Positions 1-9,706 of a stretch of DNA of 64,000 bases are shown piece after piece (positions within the stretch are counted from its first letter, which is position 1; each line of letters opens with the position of its first letter). This stretch comes from Polymyxa betae A26-41 (taxonomy: Eukaryota > Protista > Endomyxa: Phytomyxea). The notes under the pieces are model-generated. The model made no database searches and was not told where the DNA came from. It was given only the letters and a program-made list of their open reading frames with translations. The position numbers and the translations under genes are program-made. The stretch is taken from positions 20,916 to 84,915 of the forward strand of contig RBZT01000631.1 in assembly GCA_003693705.1 (NCBI GenBank), given 5' to 3'.

Positions 1-40
1 TTTAAAAACATTTTTAACGTCAAGTTTTTAACCGAGCAAT

Positions 41-964
41 CTATCTTGAAATGGCAATGCCATTCTTGTTCTGATAAGCTGGATAACAACGAAGCTGGTG
101 ATACTTAGCCAAGTATTGCAGATAGTTATCGGACTGCCTGGGAGTGATATCCACGAGAAACCCTTCGCTGCTAACGAGAGCGCTGACTTCATCTTCCGAA
201 TCCGGGGTCCAGCACAATGGCTCTCCGATGACAGCGAGCATCGACTTATTAAACACCGACCCGAACATCGGTGTTGTTTTGGTGATGTAAGAAAACACCA
301 AAACCGATCCAATGGGAGTAATAGCCTTTATGGATTGCAGACATTGTCGTACTGCCTCTGGCTTCAGATACATGAACAACCCTTCAGCGACAATCACCGA
401 TCGGATGTCCTTTTTCCATAAAGGGCAGTCGTCGAAAATCTTCTCTTCCAGTTTCCAAAGAGACAGATCGACCGGCAGAAAACGAGCATTCGAGTAGCGA
501 TAGCCGAGCCGCTCAACAGCGGCCTGCTTACAAACGGACGTGCTGGGATGATCGACCTCAACGAATAATATCTTGGGATAACGTGCTGCTAGGTTCATTA
601 TTAAGACGTCATACCCGCCTCCCAGAATTAAAACCTGCTTGGCGCCATCGTCAATCGCTTCAACGACTCGATCGTAGAAGAAACGCTTTCGAAGACACAT
701 CGAGATATCGAACGATGGAATTCTGGGAAGACATTGGGCGATGCATGACAACACAGGAACTATGAGAAAGGAGAACCAGCTGATAACGGCGTTCAAGAAT
801 GAAGTGATGGGACATGCTTGCCAAAGCAGCTCTCGAGTCAATTTGGCAGATCCAGGCGGTACGATATCGTTCATCAAGGTCGTGATGGGCTCTCCCCAGA
901 TCCAATATTGAACCAACGGACGAGCCACGAACAGAGCCGTCCAACTGCCAAACGTTTGCACCAT
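41..964 (-). CDS. SAM-dependent methyltransferase, leucine carboxyl methyltransferase (LCM)/TIGR00027-like; intronless
   Basis: SWTALFVAR N-terminal motif, LRKRFFYDRV, QVLILGGGYD (motif I), FVEVDHP, FLPVDL, VIVAEGLFMYL. ATG at 964 (MVQTFG). Confidence 0.88.
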   Translation of the reverse strand: MVQTFGSWTALFVARPLVQYWIWGEPITTLMNDIVPPGSAKLTRELLWQACPITSFLNAVISWFSFLIVPVLSCIAQCLPRIPSFDISMCLRKRFFYDRVVEAIDDGAKQVLILGGGYDVLIMNLAARYPKILFVEVDHPSTSVCKQAAVERLGYRYSNARFLPVDLSLWKLEEKIFDDCPLWKKDIRSVIVAEGLFMYLKPEAVRQCLQSIKAITPIGSVLVFSYITKTTPMFGSVFNKSMLAVIGEPLCWTPDSEDEVSALVSSEGFLVDITPRQSDNYLQYLAKYHQLRCYPAYQNKNGIAISR

Positions 965-1446
965 GTTGTACAAGGTGAATGAGGCAGACGAGCAACGACA
1001 GCGACCGAAACTACAGCTTGCAACGTCCTGATGAGAAGAAGGTTTTACTCATTCAAAATGGAGGGCAAAATGAGGTGAATGAACGACCCGCCTCCGATTT
1101 AGTCCATATCATCATTACTTTCACAATCAACAAATAGTCTGGAATGACAGATAATCGATCCCTGTTATCATAGTAAGGAGAGGAGGTAGAAATACTCCTG
1201 TTCACTTTGGTGACGGCGATGTTCTCATCCTCTTCACAGAAGAACCCGCCCGAATCCAGTCAAAAGGTGTTGTTTGAAAAGTACAGGATCTTTGGTCGGG
1301 ATCTCAACAACTGGCTTTCATCATCAAACGATCACACTTTTGTGGGTTCTGCTGCCTTTTTGATAGGTTGATTTCTGTTTTCCTTAAAACTTAATTATGT
1401 TATTTCACGACAGCCAAGCTTTGGCTGAATGTTTGCATGACTATTA

Positions 1447-1940
1447 TCAATGTCCCGATATAGCCGACAATGATTCAGGCCGTCTCGTTGGTATATCGAC
1501 AATGAATTTCTTGCTGGCGAACAGCTCGCTGATCTCATTGAACAAATCCGGTTGCCTGTAAAACTGGTGGACAGCTTTTTGCAGCAGTAGACGCCCGAAC
1601 CTGGATCCGAACATCGGCAACTGAATCGGATCGTCCTTCATCACGAGCGCAGGCAGTTTACGCTTGATCAATCGCAGGCATTGGAGTACTCAGCTGGCGT
1701 AAGATACTTCAGCAGGCGTTCGATTGAGCGCATGACCCGGTATTTGGAGTGGCCAGATCGATCAGGATGAAATCAACCATCGGTAAATTTTGCCAACGGC
1801 AGCCCGTTTGAAGACGATCGTGCTATTAAAGTCGGGTTCAACAGACAAGACAGTGGGATAGCACGGCGCCAGATTCGCCATCAGCAAGTCGTATCCGCCG
1901 CCCAAGATCAGCAGTTGCCGGCCCCGTCCTCGACGGTTTC
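1447..1940 (-). pseudogene. Frameshifted, partly deleted tandem paralog of the LCM-family methyltransferase
   Basis: Hand translation across frames gives ETVEDGA/RQLLILGGGYDLLMANLAPCYPTVLSVE, FKRAAVG, FILIDLA, LLKYLTP, LQCLRLIK, PMFGSRFGRLLL and QPDLFNEISELFASKKFIVDI, all colinear with the 41..964 protein. Confidence 0.8.
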
Positions 1941-2304
1941 GAAGCGGTACGAAGGCAGGTGGCGGTGCTGAGCGCAGGCCACTGCGGATTCAGAATTAGG
2001 GATCGCGAACCCAATTCATGAATCGATCAATGCAAGATGTTGTCGGGCATGTTTGATATAGAAAAGTCGCGCCAGATTTGAGGTATTTTTGGTGGAGTGA
2101 GCCATAAATCACAGAATGAGCTACACGCAGGGTCGTCCTGATACCGAATTTCTACACCATCGCTCACACATTGGTAAGCAACTAGCCACTTGGCTCACAT
2201 ATCCAGCACATGGACAGGCAGAGCTCCAACGAAGCTTTTGATACTGCATGACGGTTACGATTAGACGAATGTCGTTGGATTCTGAAATCTAGAACTAATG
2301 TATC

Positions 2305-2404
2305 CAACAATGATTTCGGAACAGGACAATTTGGTTCAACAATGATTTCGGAACAGGACAATTTGGTCGGATGAATCTCTAACTAGGGCATCTCTAACTA
2401 GGGC
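2305..2404. repeat. Two adjacent tandem duplications: 32-bp x2 and 15-bp x2
   Basis: caacaatgatttcggaacaggacaatttggt at 2305 and 2337; atctctaactagggc at 2375 and 2390. Confidence 0.9.
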
Positions 2405-2460
2405 AGCTGTGCTACTTGCTAAGTTCAATAGGACAAGAGGGACCGAGGGCTGGAGTACAA

Positions 2461-3894
2461 CTACTGCAGATAATTCGCCTGCTGAATGAGTTGATTCCGC
2501 AATTGACGGAACCAATCACGCCTGCCTACGACGAACACGGATTCAGAGCGGCAGCCATTCTCAGGCCTTGCAAGCTTACGGGATAGAAGGCGGACGCGAT
2601 TCGGGATGCCATCGGCCTGAAAAGGTTCGCGACTGGGCCCCGGTTGGGGTCGGTCTATGAGATCCCATCGCTGTAGACCCGAATCAACACATTCGACATT
2701 GATAAAGATGGAATGACACGTGAACAGGGCGTCCTCGATGAAGGTCATCGGATCAGATCGCGCTTGATGCAGCTGTGTCTTCACCCAGGACGAGTGAACA
2801 CCATTCAGCGGCGCCGACATCGCCTCCGCCTGCTGCTGCACCATTTTTGGTGGCCGGACAGCCTCCAAAGGCAGCGGTGGGATGGGGGGCGGCGACTCGC
2901 TACGTTCGTCGTTTCGGATACCGGCGAACAGCTGCCTGGCGAGATCCGGACAGTAGAAATGCCCGGGCGTCTTTTCATCGCGATCGAAATCGCTTTCACT
3001 GTCACTGTCGCTCATTTCTTCGCTGCTATCGAATGTGTGCTCGGAATCGTCCGATTGCGTTGTCAAGTCCCAATCTGACGTTGTATCCGACCCCGGGACG
3101 TTCGATTTCTGACGTCGCAGCGTCTGCAGCTCACCCTGCAGATACTCGATCAAGAAATACAGCTTGTCTATCATGTGCGGGTATTCGATCAGAAACTGGA
3201 CGTCGGCGCTGTCATCGCAGCGCGAGTATTGCTTCTTGACAGCATCCAGGATCATACAGGCCAGATCGCTGTCGTTCGGCTCAGGATCCTTGCGATGGAC
3301 AGCCGGCGTATTGAAGGAGTCCGGGTGCATGTGACGCCGGACGTACAGGACCAGGTCGCGGTCGAACGTGAGCTGGGCCAGCTCCAGGTGCGGGGCTTTG
3401 AACCGAAACCCCTTTTGATTCACCATGAAGTGGACGATGGAGCGCCGCGGTTGATGCAGGGCCAGTGCCACATACAGATCCGCCTCGAGTTCGCGGCTAA
3501 TGTCGCCCGATTGCGTGTCCACCGTGATTGGCTTCGGCAGCAGCAGTGTGTCGTAGACGGTCCAATACAGATCGCGAAGATATTCTTCAGGGCCACAAAA
3601 TCCTACGAACAGGTCGGTGATAACCTTGATTCGAGCATCCCAGGGATAGTTCTCTTTAGGCAGAGTCCATTTCGATAACAGCACGAACTCTTTCCAGAAC
3701 TCGTACTGCTGCTGGCGTAGAGCTGCCTGCGTAACGCACGAGTCGTACCGAACGAATCCGAAGCCGTGATGAATGGCACGCAAGAAGTCGATGTTGCCCC
3801 TCTTGGCCTCAAAGTAAAGTTTTTGGTGCGAAACCTGACGATCGTAATCTTGGAGACGAGGGACGACGCGAGTGTACTGGACCGACTTTCGCAT
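2461..3894 (-). CDS. Intronless GC-rich hypothetical protein, possibly with degenerate ankyrin-like repeats and an acidic/proline-rich C-terminal half
   Basis: About 477 codons of uninterrupted ORF from the first ATG. LYFEAKRGNIDFLRAIHHG and YVALALHQPRRSIVHFMVNQKG resemble ankyrin helix pairs. Visibly more GC-rich than its flanks. Confidence 0.6.
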   Translation of the reverse strand: MRKSVQYTRVVPRLQDYDRQVSHQKLYFEAKRGNIDFLRAIHHGFGFVRYDSCVTQAALRQQQYEFWKEFVLLSKWTLPKENYPWDARIKVITDLFVGFCGPEEYLRDLYWTVYDTLLLPKPITVDTQSGDISRELEADLYVALALHQPRRSIVHFMVNQKGFRFKAPHLELAQLTFDRDLVLYVRRHMHPDSFNTPAVHRKDPEPNDSDLACMILDAVKKQYSRCDDSADVQFLIEYPHMIDKLYFLIEYLQGELQTLRRQKSNVPGSDTTSDWDLTTQSDDSEHTFDSSEEMSDSDSESDFDRDEKTPGHFYCPDLARQLFAGIRNDERSESPPPIPPLPLEAVRPPKMVQQQAEAMSAPLNGVHSSWVKTQLHQARSDPMTFIEDALFTCHSIFINVECVDSGLQRWDLIDRPQPGPSREPFQADGIPNRVRLLSRKLARPENGCRSESVFVVGRRDWFRQLRNQLIQQANYLQ

Positions 3895-4001
3895 GGCGAT
3901 GGAATACCCAACTCCATTCAACAAATTCTATGAATTCCGCGCAGCATCTCAAAGAACTGCTCTCTCATCGCCAAGGTCGGTGGTGGCACCTGGAAGCCAG
4001 C

Positions 4002-4053
4002 TCAGCTTCGAGTTATGTTCGACTCGTTCAGCTTCTAGTTATGTTCGAGTAGT
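4002..4053. repeat. Imperfect 26-bp tandem duplication
   Basis: tcagcttcgagttatgttcgactcgt / tcagcttctagttatgttcgagtagt. Confidence 0.8.
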
Positions 4054-4095
4054 ACTGGTCGTGGATCGATCGCTAAACAATCAGAGCTGAATAAG

Positions 4096-4547
4096 ATGCT
4101 TCGAGAACCACTGGCCAGGAAACATTACTGCTGGACCATAGTTGGATCAACATCACCATACTTTCCAATATCACAGCTACCCGTGCAGGAAGTCGGAGAC
4201 CAAACTGTTTCAGGCAATGCAGTGATTGAATCTGCTTTCAGGCAAAACCGGCAGATTTGCGAACGATCGTATATTCAGTGGATTCTGTTCCGCCGCCTCA
4301 GTTAAACGTCTCGAAAGGTAACTCAATTCGTGTCGTAATCATCCCCCATTCTGAAGGAATTGGCGCAGACCCAGATCAGATTAGAGAGCGCAGAAAGACG
4401 CTGAACAAACTGAATTCGCAACGCCAACGCAACCGCGAGCGCATACAGTTAAAGCAGCTGATCGAACGCCTCGAGTATAATCGAAAGGAGCATGACTCCT
4501 TGTTAAAGATGGCGCGAGATAAAATGCCTTCCAATGATGACCAGTAA
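4096..4547 (+). CDS. Small bZIP-like protein
   Basis: An intron at 4192-4241 joins the two ORFs in frame. Basic region RERRKTLNKLNSQRQRNRE is followed by heptad leucines (LKQLIERLEYNRKEHDSL). Confidence 0.5.
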
Positions 4548-5114
4548 ATCGTTTGATCAGAAAACTTCAGGCTTTAAACATGTCTTAGATTGCCAATAAC
4601 GCGATCTGCAATGCTGGTTCGATATATTTGCAATTTGTTGCACCCCAGCCATATTGACGTGATTTCGTTCGCCCTTGGCATCAAGACCGACGCACATCGG
4701 GCGCTGTCGGCGATGATATTTGAACAGCTCGATATCAAAGGTAATGAGTCTTTAGGCAGCCAACAATAAGATATTGAGATGCGATAGGTGCACAGAAGCA
4801 AACTTTATGTGGCATTTTACAACGTTCATCCAACCAGATCAGCAAGTTTCAAAATGCCATTGAACTCCTGAACAAAGCCGCTCAAACATCGCATCTGGCC
4901 GTGACAAACGCCCACACAATAATATCCAATAATAAATTCGAAAATGCATAGTTCTCTAATACCTGTTGATCAACAGATGCATTATTCTATTTAGCAAGTA
5001 GCCATGCTAATGGGTGGCATACAAGAGTTGGGGGCAAAAGAAAACAGTCGATATTTGGATCAGATTAGTGTACTGTTACAGTGGCCACAATGCCAATGAT
5101 TGTTGAATGAGAAA

Positions 5115-5898
5115 ATGCAGGATACAGAGCAGATATCGCCAGAAGAAACAGAGACCAAAATCTTTATAAACGCATTGACGCAAACACCTTTGAAACTGTT
5201 GTCAGCACCGGTCTATAAGCAATGGAACATTTCAACATCGGTAGAACCCCTAAAAGTTACTCACAGTAAGACGGAATCGGAAATCGATCCAACAGACCGA
5301 TAATTGATGGATCGTTCAGAACAAACCAGATGTATGGCAGCGAGGCGCCTCTGGGAGAAGATCGATAACCTGAGTAGTTCGCCATTTATTCAATCCGAAT
5401 TCGATGCACACGTGCAAGAAATTCTTCAACATCGAGCCGCTGATGTTGTGAAAAGGACCCGAATTCGCGATCTTCGTAAGCAATTCAGCCCGGAGAATCT
5501 TTTACGGCTCGAGGTGAGGAAATTCCCTCCGGTGCTTCGAAACTTCTAAAAAGGTTCAGATCAGAAAGCAACGACAACTAGACGAGCTAAACATACCGCC
5601 TGATTTGCTCGGATGGAGGAAGAGATCCAACCGAATTCAGCTGGATTCGATCACAAACCGTCGAAAAGCAAGATCAAAGCCTTTATCTAACACTCCATTA
5701 ACAGCATCGAAATTATCGCCTGCCTCTAAGGACCTCGCCTCAATTCTGCTGGCGGATTCGCGACCGTCGTCATCAATCCGGCTTCGAAGCTTGCGACCAG
5801 CTCGTGAAGATATGGTAGCCCATTCACAAGATCTGGCAACGATCTACCAGCGCATTCTGGTTCGGAACCGAACCTGCCCTACTCTTTACGATCGATGA
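5115..5898 (+). CDS. Hypothetical multi-exon protein
   Basis: Three ORFs can be joined by short GT-AG introns (for example 5266-5319). Start uncertain. Confidence 0.4.
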
Positions 5899-6451
5899 AC
5901 ACATAAACGATTTATGCTTTGCGGACATGACAGCAGCTGATTATGACATCAGTAGTTTCGTGATTTAAGCGCCTTTAATATCCAAAAATGATGCTGTTAG
6001 GCTGAATATCAAAGAAGCTCCTTTGAATTCACAGCAGTCTTATTACCGTCAACGTAAGCATCTATGCTGTACAATACCTGGAATGATACTCACCCGTGTA
6101 AAAAAGATAGTGCAGGCAAGCGCTGGACAGACAGCGATCTATGGTGTACAAGAGTGAATTCTTAATGTCGAGACGAGACCGAATAGGCTCTGAAGAAAGG
6201 GGTCTCATAATTCCAATAAATGGAGGGGCCTCTCTACAGCTGAAGTTTTGTATGGTTGAATAGACTGATGGGGTCATGGGGTGTCTCATTGAGAGAAGAG
6301 ATCCTTGATGAAACCGGTAGACTAATGGGGCCATGCATGGGGCAATGGGGTGTCTCAATGACTTCTGTCATTGATGATGACGTTACAAATGTTGAGGCCG
6401 ATGCCGTGGCCTGCGCTACTATCGTGACTTCCACTCATTCTCATCTTGGCC

Positions 6452-7302
6452 ATGTCGTCACCGGGACAGCTGATTCGCCTGAAACGGGCCGGTCATGTCT
6501 TCGAGGTCCTTACCAACCCGGGCGCTATCACTGCCTGGAGAGCGAAGCCGGATGCCAAAACTGTTCCCAGCAGCCTCTGTGTCGCTCCTATTATTTTCTC
6601 GAACCAGTCGAAAGGCTTGCGCGCATCGCAAACTGCATTAACTGCTGCTTTCGAGACCGATGCATTGGAAGACTGTCTTCGTGTCATTTTCGAGAAAGGT
6701 GAACTTCAAGTTTCGGCTTCGGAACGACAAGACAAGGTCGACTCATGCAAGCGTGCCATTATGCAATCGTTGCATAAAGGCTATATTGATCCACGAACCA
6801 ATCTACCCCATACTTTAGTTCGTATTGAAACTGCCGTTGCCGGAATCAAAGGCTGGAGAGCAGATCCCGATAAACCGGTACCTGCTCAGGTATTCATTTG
6901 TTTGCATTTGTCGTTTGAGGAAGTGTTATCGTCAAACACCGGTTATTCTATTCTTGCTGTCTATGAACGTTCGTTTAGGTTCAAGAAGTGGTCAAGAAGC
7001 TTCATGGGATTCTGTCGTTGGTCAAAAGTGAGATCGGAGCCACGTTAACAATTCCTGCAGCCTATTCGGGTCCTTCGGCGTCCATTGTCCATAAAATGTG
7101 TCATATCGCTACCGAATCGTATGGCGCCGATCGATCGGTGACATATACGATCACCATCTCGCCTGGCGATATGGATGCTTTCATGGCGGCGCTGAACAAG
7201 GTCACGAAAGGCGATTTCCAATTGAAGATAGATAAAGCTGGGGTAGGCGCCGGCCCACCGGAACCCGAGAAGGGAAAGGGTGCCAAGAAGAAGCGCAAAT
7301 GA
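6452..7302 (+). CDS. SBDS/Sdo1-family ribosome maturation protein (divergent)
   Basis: IRLKRAGHVFEVL, IFSNQSKG, AAFETD, IFEKGELQVSASER, IDPRTNLPHT, DPDKPVPAQV. One intron at 6890-6978. Confidence 0.9.
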
Positions 7303-7403
7303 ACAGTTTGTATAAATGTCATTTGGTGATTTCCTCATTTTGTGATGACATGCGAACTCACGTGCCAGATTCAAGTACGGTCACTAGATAATCGTCATCA
7401 GCA

Positions 7404-9625
7404 ATGTCGGCCGGTTTCGCCACCGACTCCTTAAACATAACCGATTACGCCTTACGCGAGTTTCCTGCTTGCTGCGATCTCGTATCCGAGGTGATGCATC
7501 TGTCCGGTGTCGTTCGGTCGACTGTTTGATCAGCAGCGCAGGACTCGACACGAACGCCAGATTGGCAGGGTCTATTACAACTAGCAACCGCGACTGATTT
7601 GAGCGAAGCCAGCTCGAAACCAAACTTGAAATTTCGCCAATGTTTTGCCTGGCTGAATGATACAATTTTTTCATTTCGGAAGAAGCCGAAAAGCGACGCG
7701 AGAGACGGATTCTATCGAATTACGTTCTATCTGATACCTGTCAGCTCTTGAGCTCTGAGCGTCGCATTTTCGTCTGAATGAGCTCCTTCAGGAATCTGTC
7801 CTTGAGGACCAATCCTGCATTGAACCCTGGGACGATTTCCAGCAACATCTAGAAGAAGAACGAGCTGGCCATGGGCTCAAGCTTATTACGCCTGATATGA
7901 TCATCTGTGTCCGATGCCAATCGTTAATGTCTTCGCCTCTGCACTCATTCTCTTTCTAACTGGCAACAGAGAAAGCGATCGCGAACAGCTTATTGGGATA
8001 CTGGATCGGAATCTGCGAAATCATCTGGATCCAGAGCTTTACACCATCAAGGCCAACGGATCCCGAATCCTCATGGAACGGATCCATAAGACCATGCAGC
8101 TGAACTGGCAGCAGCATCAAGAAGTTCTGGCGAATCTTAGTGCGATTGCTGCTAGCAACGACCCAACATCAGCTAACGATCATCATAGAGTTGCTGGGGA
8201 TCCCGACCATTGCTGATTATATTAAATCTTGCAAGGACCGACGAATGTATGGTCTGCTTGATATCGCTTCAGAAACTGGCCATGAACAGACTCTAAACTT
8301 CCAGCCGTTTTATTGTGTTCTTTGGAAAGATACTTTGTACGGTCAGAGGATTATGTAATGCTTCTAACGTGCCTCAAGGTATCTGTTCGACGAATCGCGA
8401 GAAGGTATCCCTGCAGCGTTGATGCCGTTGCACTATTCTAAAATCGCCCTGGACGAGAAGGCGATTCGCTCCAGAAGCTACCAGGCGCGATTGATGCTGC
8501 CATTGCGCTGCATTGTGATGCAGTTCCAACACGCGTTTAGTTTAGCGGAATGGTTTCATGCTATCTATTCCATAACGCAGCCTACATGTAGAATCGCCTT
8601 TCTCGACGATCTGTCCAGTTAACAGAATTTCAGGCCAAAACCGAGACATACGCGCCTGGGTTGAGGCGATTCAGCACGGTCCTCCTGATCTACAGTTTCT
8701 GGACCAGTGGGCCTGCATGACTGACTCCAATCGATTCAATGTTGAGCCTTGTTCCCCAGGCCTGCTAATGCGGAATGGAAAAGTTATCTATTGGCTTGTG
8801 ATAAGGTCGGCTTGCAAGCTGATCTGCGTCCAGCAATGTCTGACCAGCTTACAGATGCACATTGTTGAATGCACCAGCGTTATCGGGAAACAAAGTCTGG
8901 AATTCATAACAGAGGTATTTCTTAAAGAAGGGGCATCGAAGCGAGTATTCCCTCTACCGGAGCCGATAATGCAGCTGGTGAAACATGGAAGCAATGTACA
9001 AATAGCCTATACTGGTTGTTCTAGCTCAAATAGATTCTAGGAAGCTCTTATCCAGCTCAAGAATTATATCGATGATAACATTCAGCTTCTATGGTGGAGC
9101 TGGTTGAGATCGAATGGGGTTTCGCTTGAATTCGAGGATTGTCAACCAATTTCTACCACCGCTAACAAAACCTCTGGATTAGCGATCGTAATTTATACCC
9201 ATAGACAGGGTAACGGTTATATCGGAAAGCAAACGATTCTAATGCTGCATAGATGGAGGGATACTTAAGGAAAAGGATGTATATTGGATTCATCCAGAGA
9301 GAAATGTCATAACAATTGGACGAGATCGGATGAATGTCCTGAGAATCGAGGACGCAAAAGCATCGAGGTCGCATGCCAAAATTGTTTTTGATGGAAAAAG
9401 TACTTAAAATCGAAATCCCAAGGCATTGCTAATAGTTACTTAGAGTTCGAAATTTTCGATATGGGATCTAGACGCGGTACGCTGGTTAATAACATTCCGG
9501 TGGCGAATGCAATATTACATGAAGGCGATAGAATTGCGATCGGAGATTGTGTCCTCGCCATTGAGTCTCGACAAAAACCTTCGAGAGTTCGCAACATAAT
9601 GAAAATAGCTCGAGTTAGGAAATAA
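7404..9625 (+). CDS. Multi-exon signalling protein with PH-like domains, possible degenerate RGS-like segments and a C-terminal FHA domain
   Basis: FHA: IGRDRMNVLRIEDAKASRSHAKIVFDGK..FEIFDMGSRRGTLVNN..LHEGDRIAIGD. PH-like: WQGLLQL..FRQCFAWLNDTIFSF and FYCVLWKDTLY..EWFHAI. Stop TAA at 9623-9625. Confidence 0.65.
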
Positions 9626-9706
9626 AGCATGATTGAAATGGTCTGTCTCTAAAGGTTTAATTCTATATATATAAGGATAAAGATATGAAAGGAAATACAC
9701 ACAGAT

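Noticed and set aside
2305-2404. CRISPR-like array
   Set aside because: Only two-copy tandem duplications, with no spacers and no cas genes.
2713-3678. Antisense ORFs overlapping the GC-rich orphan
   Set aside because: These are expected shadow ORFs in GC-rich coding sequence.
5100-5549. Two in-frame ORFs separated by one TAA, suggesting stop readthrough or a variant genetic code
   Set aside because: A 54-nt GT-AG intron (5266-5319) removes the stop in frame. Conserved genes here end in TAA, TAG and TGA normally.
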